The notes under the pieces are model-generated. The model worked only from the letters and a program-made list of their open reading frames with translations, searched no databases and had not been told where the DNA came from. Position numbers and translations under genes: made by a program. From an uncultured Candidatus Saccharibacteria bacterium (lineage in GTDB: Bacteria; Patescibacteriota; Dojkabacteria; B142; OLB20), in NCBI GenBank assembly GCA_964461915.1, contig CAYWVD010000001.1, forward strand, positions 501,911 through 565,910: DNA of 64,000 nt, given 5' to 3'. Shown here piece by piece: positions 26,924 to 37,081 of this stretch. The stretch's first letter is position 1; each line of letters starts with the position of its first letter.

Positions 26924-27103
26924 ATGGGAGCATTACCAAAAAGAAAAATTTCAAAACAAAGAAAAGGCAATAGAAGGTCTCATGATGCATTAAAAAATCC
27001 TGGACTTTCAATATGCCCAACTTGCAAAAAAGAGAAGGCAGCACATGCAGTCTGTCCAAACTGTGGTTCCTACAAAGGTACACAAGTAATCAAAGTAAAA
27101 TAA
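26924..27103 (+). CDS. rpmF: 50S ribosomal protein L32
   Basis: An unlisted 59-aa ORF translates as MGALPKRKISKQRKGNRRSHDALKNPGLSICPTCKKEKAAHAVCPNCGSYKG. Confidence 0.85.
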   Translation: MGALPKRKISKQRKGNRRSHDALKNPGLSICPTCKKEKAAHAVCPNCGSYKGTQVIKVK

Positions 27104-27105
27104 TA

Positions 27106-27555
27106 ATGCAATACAAGTCTGACCCAAGGCATAATTCAAGAGTTTTAGCACTTCAAAAATTATTCCAAAAGGAATTTCAACAAAGACACCTTCAAGCAAA
27201 TGAGGGTATTTCTCTTTATCCTGAAGAATCCATAGTCGAAATTAACGAACTAGGTAATTTTGACAACGATCTAACCAATCAGCTAGTTGATCAAATGCCA
27301 ACCTACCAAAACCAAATCGATGAAATTATCCAAGATCTTGCACCAGAATGGCCGATACAAAATATTGCCTTTATGGATCTATTAATATTGAGATTAGCAA
27401 TTCTAGAAGGCTTTATATTAAAAAAGAATCCTCAAAAAGTGGTAATTAATGAAGCAATCGAACTTACCAAAGATTTTTGCAACGAACAAACACGAAAGTT
27501 CATTAGTGGAGTACTGGGAACTTTATATACTAACCAAGATAAATACTTGAAATAA
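27106..27555 (+). CDS. nusB: Transcription antitermination factor NusB
   Basis: Its C-terminus VINEAIELTKDFCNEQTRKFISGVLGTL matches NusB. The listed ORF start at 27013 overlaps rpmF, and the true start is the Met at 27106. Confidence 0.8.
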   Translation: MQYKSDPRHNSRVLALQKLFQKEFQQRHLQANEGISLYPEESIVEINELGNFDNDLTNQLVDQMPTYQNQIDEIIQDLAPEWPIQNIAFMDLLILRLAILEGFILKKNPQKVVINEAIELTKDFCNEQTRKFISGVLGTLYTNQDKYLK

Positions 27556-27560
27556 TCAAA

Positions 27561-28268
27561 ATGTCAAACACTGAAGAAACCAATCTATTTCAATTGTTAA
27601 CAGACTTAGGTCTTGAGTATAAAGATATTCAGTTGTACAAGATAGCTCTTACCCATCGATCCTACATAAACGAGAATCTGGGTAAAAATATTACTCAACA
27701 CAATGAAAGGTTAGAGTTTTTAGGAGATGCGGTTTTAGAGCTAATCATTACAGAATATCTTTTCCATAAATATCCAGAATTTAAAGAGGGCGAACTAACA
27801 AGTTTTAGATCAGCAACAGTAAAAACAACGAGCCTTGCAGAAACTTCCAAACAACTCGGATTAGGAAATTATTTATTTTTAAGTAGGGGAGAAGAAAAAA
27901 CAGGAGGTCGTGAAAGACCATACATACTCGCAAACACCTTTGAAGCCTTCTTAGGAGCGATTTTCCTTGATCAAGGACTATCATTCGCTAAAGCCTTTTT
28001 AGAAAAATATTTAATACCAAAAATTGAAGAAATTATAAAAAATAGGAGCGACATTGATTCTAAATCTAGACTGCAAGAGTTAGCTCAGGATCGAATGGGA
28101 ATTACACCTCAATACTTTTTAATTAGCGAAGAAGGGCCTGATCATGATAAGGTCTTTAAAATGAGTGTAAAAATTGGCCAAAAAACATTCGGCACAGGCG
28201 AGGGGCATAATAAGCAAGAAGCTGAATCTAATGCTGCACAAGAAGCAATAAATAATTGGAAAAAATAA
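27561..28268 (+). CDS. rnc: Ribonuclease III
   Basis: It has the RNase III signature ERLEFLGDAVLEL and a C-terminal dsRBD. Confidence 0.92.
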   Translation: MSNTEETNLFQLLTDLGLEYKDIQLYKIALTHRSYINENLGKNITQHNERLEFLGDAVLELIITEYLFHKYPEFKEGELTSFRSATVKTTSLAETSKQLGLGNYLFLSRGEEKTGGRERPYILANTFEAFLGAIFLDQGLSFAKAFLEKYLIPKIEEIIKNRSDIDSKSRLQELAQDRMGITPQYFLISEEGPDHDKVFKMSVKIGQKTFGTGEGHNKQEAESNAAQEAINNWKK

Positions 28269-28322
28269 TCTAATTCTGCCAGTTTTTCAATTGACATTCT
28301 TCCTAATTTCTTTAAACTGATA

Positions 28323-30407
28323 TTGTATTTAGTTATATTTATGTATACAGAAAACAAGGAAGGCTCTTCCTTCAAGCCTGTCTTTTATATGCTAATAATT
28401 ACTATTTTGGTAATTATCATTTATTTCTTTTTTACAAAGAGTAATTTCATCTTTAAACAAGGCTCCGATTCTACTTCAACTATTGTTACCACCGACAACA
28501 AAACAATTAATGGAGGTACAACCGGTTCTAATCAATATGTAACAAAAGATAATAAAATCCTAATAACAACCGATGCAGGCGAATTAAAAGAATTAACAGT
28601 CGGAGACACAATCGTTATTGAAACCTATTTAGGAGATACAATTTCGGCAGAAGAAATCGAAATTGGAGCGATCAAATTTTCGCAATGGGCCTCAAACAAT
28701 TGTTTGGCCGGACAAATACCCAAATTCAATGGATTAAACTGGACCTGTGCATTCGATGACACCCTAAGTTTATATAATGGAGGTACAAATCCAACCGCAA
28801 ACCCTACCAATACAGTTAATCCAACAGGCGGAGTCCTTCCAACCAATCCTCCAACAAATAGTAGACTTACATTATCTGTAACAGGCAACGAAACCAAAAC
28901 AGTATTTTTAAACTTTGATGGAGTCCCCATTTCTCAGGCAAGTTTTTTTGACTTAAATAACTATATAACCGGAGCAACATTTAATAATATTACTGGAGAA
29001 TTATCTTTTGCTAGAAACGAATTAGGTCCAATATCCGTTGATCTCGATGGAAGATATTTAACAGCTGATTCTACGGATACACTAACAAATAAAAGTGGCA
29101 ACATCTCAATGTGGACAAATGACATGGGTTACTTAAGTGTAGATAATGCAATGTCATTTATTAATAAAACAATAGATATTACATTAAACGACATAATTGG
29201 CACAGCTAATACAGTACCAATATTTGGATCAGATGGAGTAATGATCAGTTCATCGATCACACCAACCCAACTAGGATTCTTATCTAATGTAACCTCTGAT
29301 ATTCAGACGCAATTAAATTCCAAAGTACCTTCAATAAGGCAAATTCTGACTAATGGACCGTTAAGTGGAGGCGGGGCGTTGACAAGCGATTTATCAATTT
29401 CTATTGACCAAGCATCGGCAATAGCTGATGGATATCTTTCAAGTAGTGATTTTATTGATTTTTCGAATGTTAATTGGGACGAAATATTAAATGCTGCAAG
29501 TGTTTATATGGACTACAGGCCGAATGATACTGCATGTCTCAACAACGAAATTTTATTATATTCAGTTGGCCAAGGTTGGATTTGCGGATCTATTTCATCA
29601 GGAGGATTACTTGCAAATTTAACAGGTGGTAGTGGCATAACATCTTTTACATACGATGGAAGTGTTGCTCAAACAGTTTCTTTGGGTCCTTTAACTACAA
29701 ATTGGCAACAAACTGGAAATTTTGATGCAATTTTTGGATCCACACCAGTATTTACTAATCCTTCAGCAGATTCAGATGTCTATGTTCAAGGCAATATTGA
29801 GAGTGATGGCACAATTTACGCAAACAATTTGAATGTTTCCGGTACACAAATAAATACCGGAAATGTAGATATGTCGTCATCAACTTCATTTAGAATGAGA
29901 CAAGTGGCTGATGAATCAGTAGCTGCATGTTCATTTTTAGGAGAACTTTTACTCGATACAACTGAGAATAAAATATATACATGCACAGTAGTCGGAACTC
30001 CTGGTAATTGGATTGATATTGCCCAAGCCGCAGTAAATTCCCCTGTAAATAATTTACAATTAACAAGCACAACTCATAATGGCTCATTTTCATTTACCGG
30101 TGGATATGTAGGTTATCAAGCTGCTGATAAAATTTGCAATGCTGAATTTACTGGAAGCCATATGTGTCAGACTAATGAAGTTATTTCATACATCCACAAT
30201 TACAGCATTACTCCATTGAACGGTTTAAATGCATGGATTTCTGAAGGAGCTCCAGGTTATACCTCGAACTCAAATGATTGCGGAGGCTGGATGAATAATT
30301 CTAGTTCACAATATTTGGGATCATTCTGGTATTTTGATGTAAACGGAGGTGGTAATGGTTCACTTATTAATTGCTCTCTTCAGAAATCAATTTCCTGTTG
30401 TAAATAA
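28323..30407 (+). CDS. Large membrane-anchored surface protein with fibre-like Gly/Thr/Ser repeats and a Cys-rich C-terminal domain
   Basis: An N-terminal transmembrane segment (MLIITILVIIIYFFF) is followed by Thr/Asn/Pro-rich linkers and repeats resembling phage-fibre and adhesin motifs (ITGELSF..., GRYLTADSTDTLTNKSGNIS). The C-terminal ~120 aa carry 8 Cys and end in CC. Confidence 0.5.
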   Translation: MYLVIFMYTENKEGSSFKPVFYMLIITILVIIIYFFFTKSNFIFKQGSDSTSTIVTTDNKTINGGTTGSNQYVTKDNKILITTDAGELKELTVGDTIVIETYLGDTISAEEIEIGAIKFSQWASNNCLAGQIPKFNGLNWTCAFDDTLSLYNGGTNPTANPTNTVNPTGGVLPTNPPTNSRLTLSVTGNETKTVFLNFDGVPISQASFFDLNNYITGATFNNITGELSFARNELGPISVDLDGRYLTADSTDTLTNKSGNISMWTNDMGYLSVDNAMSFINKTIDITLNDIIGTANTVPIFGSDGVMISSSITPTQLGFLSNVTSDIQTQLNSKVPSIRQILTNGPLSGGGALTSDLSISIDQASAIADGYLSSSDFIDFSNVNWDEILNAASVYMDYRPNDTACLNNEILLYSVGQGWICGSISSGGLLANLTGGSGITSFTYDGSVAQTVSLGPLTTNWQQTGNFDAIFGSTPVFTNPSADSDVYVQGNIESDGTIYANNLNVSGTQINTGNVDMSSSTSFRMRQVADESVAACSFLGELLLDTTENKIYTCTVVGTPGNWIDIAQAAVNSPVNNLQLTSTTHNGSFSFTGGYVGYQAADKICNAEFTGSHMCQTNEVISYIHNYSITPLNGLNAWISEGAPGYTSNSNDCGGWMNNSSSQYLGSFWYFDVNGGGNGSLINCSLQKSISCCK

Positions 30408-30517
30408 TTTTTTAAAAGGTTGCTATTATTAATGCTAATAAGCTATAATTCCTTGTTTTAAACACCAGCTTTTGATAAAATTAAAAAGCAAATTTTATTG
30501 TATTTTTTTAAATAATT

Positions 30518-30841
30518 ATGTTAAAAATCAGACTTTCAAGAATAGGTAGAAAAAACTTAGCCACATATCGTATCGTGGTTGCTAATCAACGAGACAAAAG
30601 GAATGGCCAATCTTTAGAAATCATTGGGACTTATGATCCAAAGACCAAACCAAGTACTATTGTCTTAGATAAGGATAAAGCAAAAGCTTGGCTAGTTAAA
30701 GGTGCTCAACCATCAGATACAGTAAAAGCTATTTTCGTAAAGCAAAATATACTCCCAAAATCTAAGGGTTTAAAAAAATACAACGAAAAACCTGGGAAAA
30801 AGGCTCAAGCAAGAGTTAAAAAGGTAGAAGAAGCTAAATAA
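30518..30841 (+). CDS. rpsP: 30S ribosomal protein S16
   Basis: It begins MLKIRLSRIGRKNLATYRIVVANQRDKRNG. Confidence 0.92.
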   Translation: MLKIRLSRIGRKNLATYRIVVANQRDKRNGQSLEIIGTYDPKTKPSTIVLDKDKAKAWLVKGAQPSDTVKAIFVKQNILPKSKGLKKYNEKPGKKAQARVKKVEEAK

Positions 30842-30869
30842 AAAACTACTTTATTTTTTCTAAATCACC

Positions 30870-31103
30870 ATGAAAGAATTACTCCAATACATATTAAGTA
30901 AAATAGTTGCAGATCCAGATACAATTGTTATAACCGAAGAAGTTAATGAATTTCAAGAAACAGTTTTGAATGTTGCAATTCCAGAAGAAGAAAGAGGTAT
31001 TGTTATTGGAAAGGCCGGTAAAAATATTCAAGCAATCAGAAACATTATTTCAATTATTGCAAAAAGAGAAGGGAAGAAGGTTAGAATCAAAATCCTCGAC
31101 TAA
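30870..31103 (+). CDS. KH-domain RNA-binding protein (YlqC/UPF0109)
   Basis: It carries IVIGKAGKNIQAIRNI and follows rpsP, as in many bacteria. Confidence 0.8.
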   Translation: MKELLQYILSKIVADPDTIVITEEVNEFQETVLNVAIPEEERGIVIGKAGKNIQAIRNIISIIAKREGKKVRIKILD

Positions 31104-31108
31104 TCCAT

Positions 31109-31915
31109 TTACTTATCTTCAAAAGCGTTTCCTACATATTTCTTTTCCAAGAAATCTAGTACAGCTTGGTTCATCTGCGTATCCTCACTTATATTAAAAT
31201 ATGCTTTTACAGGATCGAAATTCTTATTAGGTGTAAATTGATACTTGGCAAGGCTAATGTCTCCAGTCCATTCGTTCTCATCAACTTTTAACAAACTCAT
31301 TTCATTAACTACAAAAAAGTCTTCACCAGTTTGATACATCTTTATAAAAAATTCGCGAATATTATTATATGCGCCACGAACATTGATAGTAGTCGGAATC
31401 TGATTAAGGGGAAGATAACTTGGATCTTCTTCTAAATCCTTAATAGCGCTTGGGTCAAGATAAATTGAAGAATCGACAAGTTGAGATTCACCGGTTTTTA
31501 ATTCATCATAAGTCAAACCTAGACTCTGAACATTTGAAATAATTTTGTCTCCAAAACCAACTACAGAGGTTCTACCAGAAGGAACTAAGAAGTTAATTTT
31601 ATCTATTAGTTCTTGATTATCCTGTGCACTTTTTTGAATAGATTTGATTTTAACAATTCTATTTTGAAGAGTTTCGTATTCTTTTTTAAGGGAATCGATT
31701 TCATTGAGTTTGGTATTCATCGAATTTATGCTGGGAATAAGACCATTAAAAAAGACAAACAAAAAGAATAACATTCCTGCAATAGGCAATAGATAGAATG
31801 TAGCTTCCTTCATAACCTCAGATAAGGTCAACTGTTTTTGAGTTATTTCATCAAGAGCCGAAAAATCATACTCATTTATACTATTTGCCACATTTGAAGG
31901 ATTATTTTGTACCAT
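31109..31915 (-). CDS. pilO: Type IV pilus assembly protein PilO-like
   Basis: It is a bitopic protein with an N-terminal transmembrane segment and a coiled coil (LNEIDSLKKEYETLQNRIVKIKS). It lies downstream of pilM/pilN. Confidence 0.6.
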   Translation of the reverse strand: MVQNNPSNVANSINEYDFSALDEITQKQLTLSEVMKEATFYLLPIAGMLFFLFVFFNGLIPSINSMNTKLNEIDSLKKEYETLQNRIVKIKSIQKSAQDNQELIDKINFLVPSGRTSVVGFGDKIISNVQSLGLTYDELKTGESQLVDSSIYLDPSAIKDLEEDPSYLPLNQIPTTINVRGAYNNIREFFIKMYQTGEDFFVVNEMSLLKVDENEWTGDISLAKYQFTPNKNFDPVKAYFNISEDTQMNQAVLDFLEKKYVGNAFEDK

Positions 31916-32483
31916 TTTCAGCTTGAATCTCTACATAATTAAATAAGAAGTTGATCTGACCAGTTGCATTATTAGCCAATTCATCAAATGAAGCATTCTT
32001 TAGTGCAACACTTTCGATATATTTATAATCAGTGAATTTTCGAGTTACTTCAGCCAACCTTTGATAATCTCTAGCAACAACATTAACAAAAAATGTACCA
32101 TCTTGATTCCTTCCGTAGCCATTAATAGTAAAGGTCGGATCAGATTGATAAATCTGATCAAGTAGAATAAAAAGTTGTTCTGGTTTAATGTCGTTTAAAA
32201 TGACATTACTCAATGAGTTTGTTTTAGCAACTAATTCTCCATGTTGAATTAGAACAGGAGCTAACGCCTGATTTATTGTTTGGTTACTTTCGTCTACAGA
32301 AGACTGCCATGATGTTCGGTAAGATTCAATAACTAAATTATTAGCTAGTACAACCGCCAACCAAATAACTACAGATAAAAAGGGGAGTAATGCAACACTA
32401 ACGGAGTAGTTGTCTCTCTTTTCCTCTTTTTTGACAAGAGCTCTAGATTTTTGTGGTAATAAGTTGAAACCGTATGTTTTCAT
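31902..32483 (-). CDS. pilN: Type IV pilus assembly protein PilN-like
   Basis: It has a short cytoplasmic N-terminus, a single transmembrane segment (LLPFLSVVIWLAVVLA) and a periplasmic domain. It sits between pilM and pilO. Confidence 0.6.
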   Translation of the reverse strand: MKTYGFNLLPQKSRALVKKEEKRDNYSVSVALLPFLSVVIWLAVVLANNLVIESYRTSWQSSVDESNQTINQALAPVLIQHGELVAKTNSLSNVILNDIKPEQLFILLDQIYQSDPTFTINGYGRNQDGTFFVNVVARDYQRLAEVTRKFTDYKYIESVALKNASFDELANNATGQINFLFNYVEIQAENGTK

Positions 32484-32487
32484 TGTT

Positions 32488-33528
32488 TTATTCTACTTTT
32501 AAAGCTAAACCTAGTGCAACAGTATAGCTAACATTTGACTTGCTATTTATTTTAGATTTTAAAGACTCATCAATCTCAACTACAGATAAAGGATCAACGA
32601 TCTTTACTGGTAATCCTAAATTAAGATTAAGAAATGTAACAAAGCCCGGTAATAGTGAACCTTCACCGACTAAAAAGACCTCTGATGGGGCGAAATCGGC
32701 CAAATTGATTTTAATAAAATTTATGATTTTATTTAATTCGTTTGTTATAATTTGCACAACAGGAAGAATAGATTTCGCAATTTTTCCCTGAAGCTGATCT
32801 TGTAATAATCCATAAGAGATTTTATATTGTTCAGCTTGACGGAAGTCGATATTGTAATCTCTGGCAATAGACTGTGTTAACGAGTCAGAACCACTATTAA
32901 TATTTTGTGAGTAAATAATATTTTTCCCTTTAATTACTGCAACAGCACTTCCTCTTGATCCAAAATCCATGACTACTGCGCCATTATTCAAGTCTCCTTT
33001 GTAGGTCATTGTCCTTGCAGTAGCTAATGATTCTGTTTCTAGTGCAAGGACCTCAAGACCAGCCATACCTAAAATTTCCATATATAGAGAAATAATGTTT
33101 TTTGGAGCAGCTATCATCAAAATTTGTTGAATTCCTTTTCCTTCAACCATCTTCTTTGTGATTGGAATATGATCGAGATTTACATCATCTACAGGAATAG
33201 GTAAATGATTTTTAGCCTCATAGTAAATGATTTTTTCAAGTTGATCTTCCGGTAAGTCGGGCACGGCAATAATAGTACTAAATATCATTGATTCTGGCAG
33301 GGCAACAACCACTTTATTTGTCTTAATACCTAAAGATTCTCTAAGCGTTTTGATCTTAAAGGCTAAGGCCTTTTTCTCATTTTCATCTTTAAGTAAATTG
33401 ATGGGTTTTTCAATTTCAGTTTGGCCAATTGCAATTAATTTAGGGTGATTTTCAGATACAAAAGTAACCTGCGCCATTTTGACACTACTATATCCAATAT
33501 CAAGGCCGATGAATTCGGGCAGGTTCAT
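32488..33528 (-). CDS. pilM: Type IV pilus assembly ATPase-fold protein PilM
   Basis: It has an actin-like fold beginning FIGLDIGYSSVKMAQV. Confidence 0.8.
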   Translation of the reverse strand: MNLPEFIGLDIGYSSVKMAQVTFVSENHPKLIAIGQTEIEKPINLLKDENEKKALAFKIKTLRESLGIKTNKVVVALPESMIFSTIIAVPDLPEDQLEKIIYYEAKNHLPIPVDDVNLDHIPITKKMVEGKGIQQILMIAAPKNIISLYMEILGMAGLEVLALETESLATARTMTYKGDLNNGAVVMDFGSRGSAVAVIKGKNIIYSQNINSGSDSLTQSIARDYNIDFRQAEQYKISYGLLQDQLQGKIAKSILPVVQIITNELNKIINFIKINLADFAPSEVFLVGEGSLLPGFVTFLNLNLGLPVKIVDPLSVVEIDESLKSKINSKSNVSYTVALGLALKVE

Positions 33529-33641
33529 GTATGGTTTATTCTTAATTTAATCTATTTTATTATTTATGATTCAACTTTACAACAATAAAATATTGCTATG
33601 TTTTTATAAACTAATTACAATTTATAAATAGTGAAAAATCC

Positions 33642-35483
33642 ATGAGTAAAAGAAGGTTTCTTTTGTTATTCCTTTTGACATTAATAATTGCTTTTTCCAA
33701 GACTGTTTCTGCGGATATTATTTGTCCTAGCCCACAGAATTGTAATGTAGGGGCAGAATGTTTTAAACAATGCGGAATTGGCTTAAATAAAAAAGAAAAT
33801 CTTGACGAATATTACTTCGATAGTGAAGACCCAACTACAAATGAATGTACTGAAATTTTAAGTTTTGGTTCGTATGGGGTCGATCGTAAAGTAGGGAATT
33901 TGGGAGATAAAGTCCCAGTCATTAGAAATTATAATGATAAATTTATATCTTATTGCACAAGGAATTCAACAATCACAGCCACTTCTGACGGCGAAATAGT
34001 CATCCATGGAATATCAAACGGAGCAAAAGGTTATTTAAGAGTCAAAGCAAATGGCGAAACCTTTACAGGAAATTTACTTAGTTTCCCAGTATCGACAGGG
34101 ATCATTGTTTCAAAAGGGGACATAATACATATAATTGCAGCATCTGATGCAAATGAGGGTAAGTGGGGTCCAGGATGGAGATTATTAGTTTCTCCAGAAA
34201 TTTACAATTTAGCTAACGCTGCAGGTGATACTCCTCTTGTTGGCCAAAGTTGGTCAGATTCATTGACAACCTCAATTTACGATTCCTATGATTTTAATGA
34301 TATAAAAATTTTACCTGCAATTCGAAAACCGCCCAAATGCACAGATATTTATGTGAATTTAATCACAAATAATTTAAATAAAATATATTTAGGAGAAAAC
34401 GCCACATTACAAGTAGATGTCGACATAACTGATATAGCTCTTCGCTATGAAAAGATCTCAAATATATTCGACCCTGTAATAATTCTTGGAGGTAATTGTG
34501 AATTGAATCCCAACACAGAAAACAATTGCCAAGTGATTAGCAAAGCAATTAGTGCCAACCCCACAAAAGTAACCTGGACAAATTATTATAAAGTATGTAA
34601 AGGGACATCCTGTAGTAGTTCCTGTTCGGCACAAACTAATTTTGATATTTTCCCATTCCCGGGTATTCTAAGGACTCAGAAAGGGAATGTTTATATCGGT
34701 AAACCCTCAATTAACAATACCCCACAAGCGATAATGAACCAATCCCGCTACAAATCCTATTACGAAAAGAACAATTTACTAAAATTTTCTACCTTCAATT
34801 TCGCATTCAATACAGATTCAATAACCGATCATAATCCAAGCGATGCTGCAATATTATCTGACAAACAATATATTTTAAATAAGTATAACGATAGCAATCA
34901 TTACGAAAGTGTATATAAAAGATTTGCTCCTAGAGTTAGATCCAGCAATTTAATTAAAAATATCCTAACATACAATACTAATACAACATTTTCGGATATA
35001 GATTTCCAAACCTTTGGGGATAATAATTCTCAACTAATCGATATTGTCAGTGGATCTAATTTAACAATTAACGAAAATGTAAAGTGCAGATCAAAAACAA
35101 TTTTCCTGGTGGAGGGTAACTTAAATATAACCCCTAATTTCGAGATAGAAGGGGACAATGCCTGCCTTTTCATCGTTAAAGGAAGGGCTGATGTTTTTAC
35201 AAATTCAGCCGGAATTGATGGTATTATCCAAGCTTTTATTATTACTGATGAATTCAGATCTGTTTCATCCAATAAAAAAATCACAATAGAAGGGGGGGTA
35301 GTAGCTCGCTCAACAAAATTCGATAAAAATGTTAATCTAAATGTAATTAATATGAATGATTTGGAAAAAGATACAGCATCAGAAGATCTAAGCTTTGAAG
35401 GTGCAAGATATATAAAGCATTTTGGCAATATTCTTTCTAATCCTTTTTTACTAAGTATTAGAGAAAAACAATATATAAAATAA
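33642..35483 (+). CDS. Secreted Cys-rich protein of unknown function, embedded in the pilus locus
   Basis: It has a Sec signal peptide (cleavage after ...VSA) and 613 aa, with several Cys pairs near the N-terminus (CPSPQNCNVGAECFKQCG). Confidence 0.45.
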   Translation: MSKRRFLLLFLLTLIIAFSKTVSADIICPSPQNCNVGAECFKQCGIGLNKKENLDEYYFDSEDPTTNECTEILSFGSYGVDRKVGNLGDKVPVIRNYNDKFISYCTRNSTITATSDGEIVIHGISNGAKGYLRVKANGETFTGNLLSFPVSTGIIVSKGDIIHIIAASDANEGKWGPGWRLLVSPEIYNLANAAGDTPLVGQSWSDSLTTSIYDSYDFNDIKILPAIRKPPKCTDIYVNLITNNLNKIYLGENATLQVDVDITDIALRYEKISNIFDPVIILGGNCELNPNTENNCQVISKAISANPTKVTWTNYYKVCKGTSCSSSCSAQTNFDIFPFPGILRTQKGNVYIGKPSINNTPQAIMNQSRYKSYYEKNNLLKFSTFNFAFNTDSITDHNPSDAAILSDKQYILNKYNDSNHYESVYKRFAPRVRSSNLIKNILTYNTNTTFSDIDFQTFGDNNSQLIDIVSGSNLTINENVKCRSKTIFLVEGNLNITPNFEIEGDNACLFIVKGRADVFTNSAGIDGIIQAFIITDEFRSVSSNKKITIEGGVVARSTKFDKNVNLNVINMNDLEKDTASEDLSFEGARYIKHFGNILSNPFLLSIREKQYIK

Positions 35484-35499
35484 TCTTTATTAAATATAC

Positions 35500-36474
35500 A
35501 TGAACAAATCAAAGAAATTTCAAGGACAAATAATGGTAATTGTTTTGCTTTTTTTGGCAGTCCTCACGATTATCTCGGTAGGAGTTACTTTAAACACATC
35601 AAGAGATACTAAAGAACAGGTCGCCGATAAGCAGTATCAACAATATTATTCAGTCGGCGAAAGAATTATTGTAGATCTTATTAATTATATTGGTAAAGAT
35701 TCTTTAACTAAAGTTGCTGGCCAAAAATCAGATATCAATACTTTAAGTTATGACTGTGGAGCAATTAGTGCCAATTCAGTAAATTGCTCAATAGACCAAA
35801 TTTTAAGTGAATATTTCAATGAGTCGGGCACATTAGAAGAATTAAAATCGGCTATTAAAATTGAAGATTTAACTGAAATAGATGCCGAAACAACAGGAAC
35901 GCTAACTGCAAAAAAAGATCAAGATTTGTTATTTGATTTTAATGAAACAGGGATTTGGGATAATTTCTCTTTTAGTTGGAACGACGGATCTACTACGCCA
36001 GTAGTATATAACACTGCATGGAATATTAGCTACGACTATTATGACAGCGCCAATAATATTTATAAAACCGATAAATTAGTATGGGATAATTCGGGTGGCA
36101 ATATATATTCTAACGCAAGCGGGCCTGGAATCATTTCAAGTCCACTAGGATGTTTTGCAATCGAATTCCAACATCCAAGCGGAAGTGATCCTAAAATTTC
36201 AATTACAAATAATGAATGTGCTGGAGCCTTATTCCTGAGGATTAAACCAGTGATGAAAACATCCGAACAAGTTGAAATTACCAGTCTAAAGATCTCTGGT
36301 GGAAGTGATGGTGTAGTATTAGCTAGAAGAATAATTACCACTACAACATCTTCAAATTCAGGAACTACTGACAGCCCAAGTGCAGTCCTAGAGACAATTT
36401 ACTTTCTTGGTAAAACACCACTAAGTCTTTTTGATTATGTATTAAGAACAGAAGACAGCGTAATTAAGGAATAA
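35500..36474 (+). CDS. N-terminally membrane-anchored protein; a possible non-canonical pilin-like or pilus-associated protein
   Basis: The N-terminus KKFQG|QIMVIVLLFLAVLTI resembles a class III signal peptide but lacks Glu at +5. It is 324 aa and Ser/Thr/Asn-rich. Confidence 0.4.
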   Translation: MNKSKKFQGQIMVIVLLFLAVLTIISVGVTLNTSRDTKEQVADKQYQQYYSVGERIIVDLINYIGKDSLTKVAGQKSDINTLSYDCGAISANSVNCSIDQILSEYFNESGTLEELKSAIKIEDLTEIDAETTGTLTAKKDQDLLFDFNETGIWDNFSFSWNDGSTTPVVYNTAWNISYDYYDSANNIYKTDKLVWDNSGGNIYSNASGPGIISSPLGCFAIEFQHPSGSDPKISITNNECAGALFLRIKPVMKTSEQVEITSLKISGGSDGVVLARRIITTTTSSNSGTTDSPSAVLETIYFLGKTPLSLFDYVLRTEDSVIKE

Positions 36475-36484
36475 GTTAATAGCC

Positions 36485-37081
36485 TTAGTTGATAAGATAA
36501 TTTCTGGTAGATACAGAAAAGTGTCTAACTTGGTTTTCCACCCATTGGACATCACCCGGCTCAGAGTTTTTACATCCGTTGTTGTTTGTATCTTTATCAC
36601 AACCTAATTCTAAAGCATTTGATTCGGCCTGAAATGTTATTATTACATTTACAAATCGGAATTGTCCCTGAGAATCACTGTCGGAACTTAACACTTGGAA
36701 ATTTAAGGAGTTTGGGACAATATATAAATTAGAGTTTGATTCAAATTCTTTATCCTGATTACCTGCAGCAGCTGTTCTTATAATTTTTGTTCCGTTTTGC
36801 CTCCATCTTACTTCAACACCCTCGACATTGATTGCGCAAGCAGAACCAGTACATTCAGCAACTTCAATGGAATTAGCATTCCTGATATCTCGTTCAATTT
36901 GTGCTACTAATTCATCAATATTACTTCTAACTGTAGATCTCACATTTATTTTTGTCGATAAACGAATATTTAATAAGAGACTATTCAAAAGCATAACGAC
37001 TAAGATGGCAAAAATAGCCATCGTGACAAGCATTTCGATAATCGAAAACGCTTTAAACTTTTTATTGACCGGTTTCTTCAT
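36485..37081 (-). CDS. Type IV minor pilin / pseudopilin
   Basis: It has a prepilin-type N-terminus KFKA|FSIIEMLVTMAIFAIL, with Ala at -1 and Glu at +5. Confidence 0.7.
   Translation of the reverse strand: MKKPVNKKFKAFSIIEMLVTMAIFAILVVMLLNSLLLNIRLSTKINVRSTVRSNIDELVAQIERDIRNANSIEVAECTGSACAINVEGVEVRWRQNGTKIIRTAAAGNQDKEFESNSNLYIVPNSLNFQVLSSDSDSQGQFRFVNVIITFQAESNALELGCDKDTNNNGCKNSEPGDVQWVENQVRHFSVSTRNYLIN

Noticed and set aside
30970-31197. Plus-strand 75-aa ORF overlapping the KH-domain gene and the pilO 3' end.
   Set aside because: It is out of frame with a good KH-domain protein and runs into the convergent pilO gene. It has no features of its own.
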